Positions 53,201-64,000 of a DNA stretch of 64,000 nucleotides are shown here, piece by piece. The stretch is from Amphiscolops sp. MND2022 (Eukaryota). Made by a program: the position numbers and the translations under genes. The DNA lies in assembly GCA_964187785.1 (NCBI GenBank), contig OZ076416.1, forward strand, positions 47,678,001 to 47,742,000, read 5' to 3'. Position 1 is the stretch's first letter. Each line of letters starts with the position of its first letter. The notes under the pieces were generated by a model that had not been told where the DNA came from, did not search any database, and saw only the letters and a list, made by a program, of their open reading frames with translations.

Positions 53201-56200
53201 ACCGTGCATATGAAACTTCGTTTGACGGAATGGATGCGATTTTGAAACCTTGATAGGTTTTCTTGAAACTTCGAAAACTTATGCTTGACCAGTGTTTCTT
53301 TCCGGACCCTTTGCATACGTGCCCTCACTCTATCAAGCGCGATAGACTCTGTAAAACAGAAGACTATCGATGTAATGAATCTGAAAAACTTCTAATGCTC
53401 CTATGCTTGAGTAATCTCAACTGGATGACTGAGTCAAAAAGCAGGATTGCGCTCACGGTCGGAATCGATCTCAATTTACAATGTTCTGAAGGCCGAAAAG
53501 GTGCAGAAGTAACTAGAAGTAACCGCTAAGCTAGCCTGCTTGAAAATTCAACCTTTTGTGAGAACAAAAGAAGAAATCGAATTGAGTTTGCGAGAGCTTC
53601 GGGAAGCAACTTCAACACTTTGTTCTGCTACCTAGAGTGAACTGCAGAAACAAATTAAAGGCAAGGTGAATTAATCATTTTAAAGGGCATGAATAACGAT
53701 TTACCTGTTAACATCCTCATCGGGTAAGAAGCATTGGAGATTTGTCCTGAACGACTCCGGTTGCCAGTTTCGCTTCAATTGAGGGCTCAATACCAGTGAG
53801 GTCTTGCTTTTCTCTCGGACCTGAGAATCTAAGGATGGACTTACAAAATGTTTTCAAAGAAGTGCATTGATTTCCTTGTTGTCGAAGAAAAAACCGTGCA
53901 TATGAAACTTCGTTTGACGGAATGGAAGCGATTTTAAAACCTTGATAGGTTTTCTTGAAACTTCAAAAAACTATGCTTGACCAGTGTTTCTTTCCGGACC
54001 GTTTGCATACGTGCCCTCACTCTATCAAGCGCGATAGACTCTGTAAAACAGAAGACTATCGATGTAATGAATCTGAAAAACTTCTATTGCTCCTATGCTT
54101 GAGTAATCTCAACTGGATGACTGAGTCAAAAAGCAGGATTGCGCTCACGGTCGGAATCGATCTCAATTTACAATGTTCTGAAGGCCGAAAAGGTGCAGAA
54201 GTAACTAGAAGTAACGGCTAAGCTAGCCTGCTTGAAAATTCAACCTTTTGTGAGAACAAAAGAAGAAATCGAATTGAGTTTGCGAGAGCTTCGGAAGGCA
54301 ACTTCAACACTTTGTTCTGCTACCTAGAGTGAACTGCAGAAACGAATTAAAGGCAAGGTGAATTAATCATTTTAAAGGGCATGAATAACGTTTTACCGGT
54401 TAACATCCTCATCGGGAAAGAAGCATTGGAGACTTATCCTGAACAACTCCAGTTGCCAGTTTTGCTTCAATTGAGGGCTCAATACCAGTGAAGTCTTGCA
54501 CTTCAATCGGACCTGAAAATCTAAGGACGGACTTACAAAATGTTTTCAAAGAAGTGCATTGATTTCCTTGTTGTCGAAGAAAAAACCGTGCATATGAAAC
54601 TTCGTTTGACGGAATGGAAGCGATTTTAAAACCTTGATAGGTTTTCTTGAAACTTCAAAAAACTATGCTTGACCAGTGTTTCTTTCCGGACCGTTTGCAT
54701 ACGTGCCCTCACTCTATCAAGCGCGATAGACTCTGTAAAACAGAAGACTATCGATGTAATGAATCTGAAAAACTTCTATTGCTCCTATGCTTGAGTAATC
54801 TCAACTGGATGACTGAGTCAGAAAGCAGGATTGCGCTCACGGTCGGAATCGATCTCAATTTACAATGTTCTGAAGGCCGAAAAGGTGCAGAAGTAACTAG
54901 AAGTAACGGCTAAGCTAGCCTGCTTGAAAATTCAACCTTTTGTGAGAACAAAAGAAGAAATCGAATTGAGTTTGCGAGAGCTTCGGAAGGCAACTTCAAC
55001 ACTTTGTTCTGCTACCTAGAGTGAACTGCAGAAACGAATTAAAGGCAAGGTGAATTAATCATTTTAAAGGGCATGAATAACGTTTTACCGGTTAACATCC
55101 TCATCGGGAAAGAAGCATTGGAGACTTATCCTGAACAACTCCAGTTGCCAGTTTTGCTTCAATTGAGGGCTCAATACCAGTGAAGTCTTGCACTTCAATC
55201 GGACCTGAAAATCTAAGGACGGACTTACAAAATGTTTTCAATGAAGTGCATTGATTTCCTTGTCGTCGATTAAAAAACCGTGCATATGAAACTTTGTTTG
55301 ACGGAATGGATGCGATTTTAAAACATTGATAGGCTTTCTTGAAACTTCAAAAAACTATGCTCGACCAGTGTTTCTTTCCGGACCGTTTGCATACGTGCCC
55401 TCACTCTATCAAGCGCGATAGACTCTGTGAAACAGAAGACTATCGATGTAATGAATCTGGAAAACTTCTAATGCTCCTATGCTTGAGTAATCTCAACTGG
55501 ATGACTGAGTCAAAAAGCAGGATTGCGCTCGCGGTCGGAATCGATCTCAATTTACAATGTTCTGAAGACCAAAAAGGTGCAGAAGTAACAAGAAGTAACC
55601 GCTAATCTAGCCTGCTTGAAAATTCAGCCTTTTGTGAGAACAAAAGAAGAAATCGAATTGAGTTTGCGAAATCGTCGGGAAGCAACTTCAACACTTTGTT
55701 CTGCTATCTAGAGTGAACTGCAGGAACAAATTAAAGGCAAGGTGAATTAATCATTTTAAAGGGCATGAATAACGTTTTACCGGTTAACATCCTCATCGGG
55801 AAAGAAGCATTGGAGACTTGTCCTGAACAACTCCGGTTGCCAGTTTCGCTTCAATTGAGGGATCAATACCAGTGAAGTCTTGCACTTCTCTCTGACCTGA
55901 GAATCTAAGGATGGACATACAAAATGTTTTCCAGGAAGTGCATTGATTTCCTTGTCGTCGAATCAAAAACCGTGCATATGAAACTTTGTTTTGTCGCCGA
56001 ATCAAAAACCGTGCGTATGAAACTTTGTTTGACAGAATGGATGCGAATTTTAAACCTTGATAGGTTTTCTTGAAACTTCAAAAAATTATGCTCAACCAGT
56101 GTTTCTTTTTGGACCGTTTGCATACGTGCCCTCACTCTATCAAGCGTGATAGACTCTTTAAAACAGACGACTATCGATGTAATGAATCTGGAAAACTTCT

Positions 56201-59200
56201 AATGCTCCTATGCTTGAGTAATCTCAACTGGATGACTGAGTCAAAAAGCAGGATTGCGCTCGCGGTCGGAATCGATATCAATTTACAATGTTCTGAAGAC
56301 CAAAAAGGTGCAGAAGTAACTAGAAGTAACCGCTAAGCTAGCCTGCTTGAAAATTAAACCTTTTGTGAGAACAAAAGAAGAAATCGAATTGAGTTTGCGA
56401 GATCGTCGGGAAGCAACTTCAACACTTTGTTTTGCTATCTAGAGTGAACTGCAGGAACAAATTAAGGGCAAGGTGAATTAATCATTTTAAAGGGCATGAA
56501 TAACGTTTTACCGGTTAACATCCTCATCGGGAAAGAAGCATTGGAGACTTGTCCTGAACAACTCCGAATGCCAGTTTCGCTTCAATTGAGGGATCAATAC
56601 CAGTGAGGTCTTGCACTTCTCTCTGACCTGAGAATCTAAGGATGGACTTACAAAATGTATTCAAGGAAGTGCATTGATTTCCTTGTCGTCGAATCAAAAA
56701 CCGTGCATATGAAACTTTGTTTGACGGAGTGGATGCGATTTTAAAACCTTGATAGGTTTTCTTGAAACTTCAAAAAACTATGCTTGACCAGTGTTTCTTT
56801 CCGGACCGTTTGCATACGTGCCCTCACTCTATCAAGCTTGATAGACTCTGTAAAACAAAAGACTATCGATGTGATTAATCTGGAAAACTTCAATGCTCCT
56901 ATGCTTGAAAAATCTCAACTGGATGACTGAGTCAAAAAGCAGGATTGCGCTCGCGGTCGGAATCGATCTCAATTTACAATGTTCTGAAGGCCGAAAAGTT
57001 GCAGAAGTAACTAGAAGTAACCGCTCAGCTAGCCTGCTTGAAAATTCAATTTTTTGTGAGAAAAAAAAGAAGAAATCGAATTGAGTTTGCGAGATCGTCG
57101 GGAAGCAATTTCAACACTTTGTTTTGCTATCTAGAGTGAACTGCAGGAACAAATTAAAGGCAAGGTGAATTAATTATTTTAAAGGGCATGAATAACGTTT
57201 TACCGGTTAACATCCTCATCGGGACAGAAGCATTGGAGACTTGTCCTGAACAACTCCGGCTGCCAGTTTCGCTTCAATTGAGGGCTCAATACCAGTGAGG
57301 TCTGGCACTTCTCTCTGACCTGAGAATCTAAGGATGGACCTACAAAATGTTTTCAAGGAAGTGCATTGATTTCCTTGTCGTCGAATCAAAAACCGTGCAT
57401 ATGAAACTTCGTTTGACGGAATGGATGCGATTTTAAAACCTTGATAGGTTTTCTTGAAACTTCAAAAAACTATGCTTGACCAGTGTTTCTTTCCGGACCG
57501 TTTGCATACGTGCCCTCACTCTATCAAGTGCGATAGACTCTGTAAAACAGAAGACTATCTATGTAATGAATCTGGAAAACTTCTATTGCTCCTATGCTTG
57601 AGTAATCTCAACTGGATGACTGAGTCAAAAAGCAGGATTGCGCTCGCGGTCGGAATCGATCTCAATTTACAATGTTCTGAAGGCCAAAAAGGTGCAGAAG
57701 TAACTAGAAGTAACCGCTAAGGTAGCCTGCTTGAAAATTCATTCTTTTGTGAGAACAAAAGAAGAAATCGAATTGAGTTTGCGAGATCGTCGGGAAGCAA
57801 CTTCAACACTTTGTTCTGCTACCTAGAGTGAACTGCAGGAACAAATTAAAGGCAAGGTGAGTTAATCATTTTAAAGGGCATGAATAACGTTTTACCGGTT
57901 AACATCCTCATCGGGAAAGAAGCATTGGAGACTTGTCCTGAACAACTCCGGTTGCCAGTTTCGCTTCAATTGAGGGATCAATTCCAGTGAGGTCTTGCAC
58001 TTCTCTCTGACCTGAGAATCTAAGGATGGACTTACAAAGTGTTTTCAAGGAAGTGCATTGATTTCCTTGTCGTCGAATCAAAAACCGTGCATATGAAACT
58101 TTGTTTGGTGGAATGGATGCGATTTTAAAATCTTGATAGGTTTCCTTGAAACTTCAAAAAACTATGCTTGACCAGTGTTTCTGTCCGGACCGTTTGCACA
58201 CGTGCCCTCACTTTATCAAGCGTGATAGACTCTGTAAAACAGAAGACTATCGATGTAATGAATCTGGAAAACTTCTAATGCTCCTATGCTTGAGTAAGTA
58301 ATCTCAACTGGATGACTGAGTCAAAAAGCGGGATTGCGCTCGCCGTCGGAATCGATCTCAATTTACAATGTTCTGAAGGCCGAAAAGGTGCAGAAGTGAC
58401 TAGAAAAACCGCTAAGCTAGCCTGCTTGAAAATTCAACCTTTTGTGAGAAAAAAAAAGAAATCGAATCGAGTTTGCGAGAGCTTCGGGAAGCAACTTCAA
58501 GACTTTGTTCTACTATCTAGAGTGAACTGCAGAAACAAATTCACGGCAAGGTGAACTAATTATTTTAAAGGGCATGAATAACGTTTTACCGGTTAACATC
58601 CTCATCGGGAAAGAAGCATTGGAGACTTGTCCTGAACAACTCCGGTTGCCAGTTTCGCTTCAATTGAGGGCTCAATACCAGTGAGGTCTTGCACTTCTCT
58701 CTGACCTGAGAATCTAAGGATGGACATACAAAATGTTTTCCAGGAAGTGCATTGATTTCCTTGTCGTCGAATCAAAAACCGTGCATATGAAACTTTGTTT
58801 TGTCGCCGAATCAAAACCGTGCGTATGTAACTTTGTTTGACGGAATGGATGCGATTTTAAAACCTTGATAGGTTTTCTTGAAACTTCAAAAAACTATGCT
58901 CAACCAGTGTTTCTTTCCGGACCGTTTGCATACGTGCCCTCACTCTATCAAGCGTGATAGACTCTTTAAAACAGACGACTATCGATGTAAGGAATCTGGA
59001 AAACTTCTAATGCGCTTGAGTAATCTCAACTGGATGACTGAGTCAAAATGCAGGATTGCACCCGTGGTCGGAATCGATCTTCATCTACAATGTTCTGAAG
59101 GCCGAAAAGGTGCAGAAGTAACTAGAAGTAACCGCTAAGCTAGCCTGCTTGAAAATTAAACCTTTTGTGAAAAATAAGAAGAAATCGAATTGAGTTTGCG

Positions 59201-62200
59201 AGATCTTCGGGAAGCAACTTCAAGACTTTGTTCTGCTATCTAGAGTGAACTGAAGAAACAAATTAAAGGCTAGCTGAAATAGATATTTTAAAGGGCATGA
59301 ATAACGTTTCACCAGTTAACATCCTCATCGGGAAAGAAGCATTGGAGACCTGTCCTGAACAACTCCGGCTGCCAGTTTCGCTTCAATTGAGGGCTCAATA
59401 CCAGTGAGGTCTGGCACTTCTTTCTGACCTGAGAATCTAAGGATGGACTTACAAAATGTTTTCAAGGAAGTGCATTATTTTCCTTGTCGTCGAATCAAAA
59501 ACCGTGCATATGAAACTTTGTTTGACGGAATGGATGCAATTTTAAAACCTTGATAAGTTTTCGTGAAACTTCAAAAAACTATGCTTGACCAGTGTTTCTT
59601 TCCGGACCGTTTGCATACGTGCCCTCACACTATCAAGCGTGATAGACTCTGTAAAACAAACTATCGATGTAATGAATCTGGAAAACTTCTACTGCTCCTA
59701 TGTTTGAGTAATCTCAACAGGATGGCTGAGTCAAAAAGCAGGATTGCGCTCGCGGTCAGAATCGATCTCAATATACAATGTTCTGAAGGCCGAAAAGGTG
59801 CAAAAGTAAAGAGAAGTAACCGCTAAGCTTGCCTGCTTGAAATTCCAATCTTTTGTGAGAAACAAAAAGAAGAAATCGAATTGAGTTTGCGAGATCTTCG
59901 GGAAGCAACTTCAAGACTTTGTTCTGCTATCTAAAGTAAACTGCAGAAACAAATTGAAGGCTAGCTGAAATAGATATTTTAAAGGGCATGAATAACGTTT
60001 CACCAGTTAACATCCTCATCGGGAGAGAAGCATTGGAGACTTGTCCTGAACAACTCCGGCTGCCAGTTTCGCTTCAATTGAGGGCTCAATACCAGTGAGG
60101 TCTGGCACTTCTCTCTGACCTGAGAATCTAAGGATGGACTTATAAAATGTTTTCAAGGAAGTGCATTAATTTCCATGTCGTCGAATCAAAAACCGTGCAT
60201 ATGAAACTTTGTTTGACGGAATGGATGCGATTTTAAAACATTGAGAGGTTTTCGTGAAACTTCAAAAGTTTATGCTTGACCAGTGTTTCTTTCCGGATCG
60301 TTTGCATACGTGCCCAAACACTCTCAAGCGTGATACACTCTGTAAAACAGACTAGCGATGTAATGAATCTGGAAAACTTCTACTGCTACTATGCTTGAGT
60401 AATCTCAACTGGATGACTGAGTCAAAAAACAGGATTGCGCTCGCGGTCAGAATCGATCTCAATTTACAATGTTCTGAAGTCCGAAAAGGTGCAGAAGTAA
60501 CTAGAAGTAATCGCTAAGCTTGCCTGCTTGAAATTTTAACCTTTCGTGAAAAAAAGGAAAGAATCGAATTGAGTTTGCGAGATCTTCGGGAAGCAACTTC
60601 AAGACTTTGTTCTGCTATCTAAAGTGAACTGCAGAAACAAATTGAAGGCTAGCAGAAATAGATATTTTAAAGGGCATGAATAACGTTTCACCAGTTAACA
60701 TCCTCATCGGGAAAGAAGCATTGGAGACTTGTCCTGAACAACTCCGGTTGCCACTTTCGCTTCAATTGAGGGCTCAATACCAGTGAGGTCTGGCACTTCT
60801 CTCTGACCTGAGAATCTAAGGATGGACTTATAAAATGTTTTCAAGGAAGTGCATTAATTTCCTTGTCGTCGAATCAAAAACCGTGCATATGAAACTTTGT
60901 TTGACGGAATGGATGCGATTTTAAAACCTTGATAAGTTTTCGTGAAACTTCAAAAGTTTATGCTTGACCAGTGTTTCTTTCCGGATCGTTTGCATACGTG
61001 CCCAAACACTCTCAAGCGTGATACACTCTGTAAAACAGACTAGCGATGTAATGAATCTGGAAAACTTCTACTGCTACTATGCTTGAGTAATCTCAACTGG
61101 ATGACTGAGTCAAAAAACAGGATTGCGCTCGCGGTCAGAATCGATCTCAATTTACAATGTTCTGAAGTCCGAAAAGGTGCAGAAGTAACTAGAAGTAATT
61201 GCTAAGCTTGCCTGCTTGAAATTTTAACCTTTCGTGAAAAAAAGGAAAGAATCGAATTGAGTTTGCGAGATCTTCGGGAAGCAACTTCAAGACTTTGTTC
61301 TGCTATCTAAAGTGAACTGCAGAAACAAATTGAAGGCTAGCAGAAATAGATATTTTAAAGGGCATGAATAACGTTTCACCAGTTAACATCCTCATCGGGA
61401 AAGAAGCATTGGAGACTTGTCCTGAACAACTCCGGTTGCCACTTTCGCTTCAATTGAGGGCTCAATACCAGTGAGGTCTGGCACTTCTCTCTGACCTGAG
61501 AATCTAAGGATGGACTTATAAAATGTTTTCAAGGAAGTGCATTAATTTCCTTGTCGTCGAATCAAAAACCGTGCATATGAAACTTTGTTTGACGGAATGG
61601 ATGCGATTTTAAAACCTTGATAAGTTTTCGTGAAACTTCAAAAAATTATGCTTGACCAGTGTTTCTTTCCGGATCGTTTGCATACGTGCCCAAACACTAT
61701 CAAGCGTGATACACTCTGTAAAACAGACTATCGATGTAATGAATCTGGAAAACTTCTACTGCTACTATGCTTGAGTAATCTCAACTGGATGACTGAGTCT
61801 AAAAACAGGATTGCGCTCGCGGTCAGAATCGATCTCATTTTACAATGTTCTGAAGGCCGAAAAGGTGCAGAAGTAACTAGAAGTAACCGCTAAGCTAGCC
61901 TGCTTGACAATTCAACCTTTTGTGAGCAAAAAAATATGAAATCGGATTGAGTTTGCGAGATCTTTGAGAAGCAACTTCAATGCTTTGTTTTGCTCTCTAG
62001 AGTGAACTGCAGAAACAAAATGAAGGCTAGCTGAAATATATATTTTAAAGGGCATGAATAACGTTTTATCGGTTAACATCCTCATCGGGAAAGAAGCATT
62101 GCAGACTTGTCCTGAACAACTCCGGTTGCCACTTTCGCTTCAATTGAGGGCTCAATACCAGTGAGGTCTGGCACTTCTCTCTGACCTGAGAATCTAAGGA

Positions 62201-64000
62201 TGGACTTATAAAATGTTTTCAAGGAAGTGCATTAATTTCCTTGTCGTCGAATCAAAAACCGTGCATATGAAACTTTGTTTGACGGAATGGATGCGATTTT
62301 CAAACCTTGATAAGTTTTCGTGAAACTTCAAAAAATTATGCTTGACCAGTGTTTCTTTCCGGATCGTTTGCATACGTGCCCAAACACTATCAAGCGTGAT
62401 ACACTCTGTAAAACAGACTATCGATGTAATGAATCTGGAAAACTTCTACTGCTACTATGCTTGAGTAATCTCAACTGGATGACTGAGTCTAAAAACAGGA
62501 TTGCGCTCGCGGTCAGAATCGATCTCATTTTACAATGTTCTGAATGCCGAAAAGGTGCAGAAGTAACTAGAAGTAACCGCTAAGCTAGCCTGCTTGACAA
62601 TTCAACCTTTTGTGAGCAAAAAAATATGAAATCGGATTGAGTTTGCGAGATCTTTGAGAAGCAACTTCAATGCTTTGTTTTGCTCTCTAGAGTGAACTGC
62701 AGAAACAAAATGAAGGCTAGCTGAAATATATATTTTAAAGGGCATGAATAACGTTTTATCGGTTAACATCCTCATCGGGAAAGAAGCATTGCAGACTTGT
62801 CCTGAACAACTCCGGTTGCCACTTTTGCTTCAATTGTGGGCTCAATACCAGTGAGGTCTGGCACTTCTCTCTGACCTGAGAATCTAAGGATGGACTTATA
62901 AAATGTTTTCAAGGAAGTGCATTAATTTCCTTGTCGTCGAATCAAAAACCGTGCATATGAAACTTTGTTTGACGGAATGGATGCGATTTTAAAACCTTGA
63001 TAAGTTTTCGTGAAACTTCAAAAAATTATGCTTGACCAGTGTTTCTTTCCGGATCGTTTGCATACGTGCCCAAACACTATCAAGCGTGATACACTCTGTA
63101 AAACAGACTATCGATGTAATGAATCTGGAAAACTTCTACTGCTACTATGCTTGAGTAATCTCAACTGGATGACTGAGTCTAAAAACAGGATTGCGCTCGC
63201 GGTCAGAATCGATCTCATTTTACAATGTTCTGAAGGCCGAAAAGGTGCAGAAGTAACTAGAAGTAACCGCTAAGCTAGCCTGCTTGACAATTCAACCTTT
63301 TGTGAGCAAAAAAATATGAAATCGGATTGAGTTTGCGAGATCTTCGAGAAGCAACTTCAATGCTTTGTTTTGCTCTCTAGAGTGAACTGCAGAAACAAAA
63401 TGAAGGCTAGCTGAAATATATATTTTAAAGGGCATGAATAACGTTTTATCGGTTAACATCCTCATCGGGAAAGAAGCATTGCAGACTTGTCCTGAACAAC
63501 TCCGGTTGCCACTTTTGCTTCAATTGTGGGCTCAATACCAGTGAGGGCTTGCACTTCTCTCTGACCTGAGAATCTAAGGATGGACTTACAAAATGTTTTC
63601 AAGGAAGTGCATTAATTTCCTTGTCGTCGGATCAAAAACCGTGCATATGAAACTTTGTTTGACGGAATGGATGCGATTTTAAACATTGAGAGGTTTTCGT
63701 GAAACTTCAAAAGTTTATGCTTGACCAGTGTTTCTTTCCGGATCGTTTGCATAAGTGCCCAAACACTATCAAGCGTGATACACTCTGTAAAACAGACTAT
63801 CGATGTAATGAATCTGGAAAATTTCTACTGCTCCTATGCTTGAGTAAGTAATCGCAACTGGATGACTGAGTCAAAAAACAGGATTGCGCTCGCGGTCAGA
63901 ATCGATCTCAATTTATAATGTTTTGAAGTCCGAAAAGGTGCAAAAGTAACTAGAAGTAACCGCTAAGCTTGCCTGCTTGAAATTTCAACCTTTTATGAGA
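29259..64000. repeat. Tandem satellite, ~688-692-bp monomer, right arm (~50 copies, runs off the window)
   Basis: Equivalent positions recur every 691-692 bp (37661, 38352, 39043, 39735, 40427, 41119, 41811, 42503...) and every 690 bp near the end (61630, 62320, 63010). Confidence 0.98.

Noticed and set aside
6510-63273. Recurrent 77-88 aa Cys-rich ORF (MLDQCFFPDRLHTCPHSIKRDRLC...) in most satellite monomers, as a possible tandem gene family
   Set aside because: It mostly starts at TTG/GTG and has no recognisable domain. Roughly a quarter of monomers carry stops or frameshifts (e.g. near 43195, 45268, 50492, 52570, 58147, 60256), about what neutral drift of an open consensus would give. The 3-bp and 6-bp indels inside it are suggestive but offset by 4-bp ones. 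A codon-position substitution test across monomers would settle it.
1-64000. Assigning a host species
   Set aside because: No host gene or rRNA marker is present. The elements fit an animal, probably invertebrate, genome, but this cannot be established from the window.

Overview
Eukaryotic repeat-rich (heterochromatin-like) DNA with no recognisable host gene, in three layers. (1) About 40-6400: a heavily decayed Ty3/Gypsy retrotransposon (gag, protease, RT, RNase H, integrase; many stops and frameshifts, RT catalytic core deleted), cut off at about 6505 with no 3' LTR. (2) 6505-12130 and 29259-64000: a tandem satellite with a ~690-bp monomer (about 8 + 50 copies), several sequence subtypes and local higher-order repeats. 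The dozens of 77-88 aa ORFs in the track are by-products of this repeat. (3) 12131-29258: a full-length 17,128-bp Polinton/Maverick (adintovirus-like endogenous virus) inserted into one satellite monomer. It has a perfect 6-bp TSD (ATGTTC), AGTAGT...ACTACT termini and ~270-280-bp TIRs. It encodes pPolB, an rve integrase, an A32-like packaging ATPase, an adenain-like protease, major capsid, penton fused in frame to a basic core-like protein, a parvovirus-type PLA2-like protein and a small membrane protein. An accessory block holds four genes that look like tandem PC4/PUR-type beta-beta-beta-alpha repeat proteins, and a 178-bp TATA/CRE-bearing tandem array lies upstream of pPolB. A few discrete lesions (pPolB C-terminal frameshift plus 5-bp duplication, one in-frame TGA, one probable lost stop) suggest a young but slightly decayed copy. 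All protein assignments come from motifs read by eye; no database search was run.
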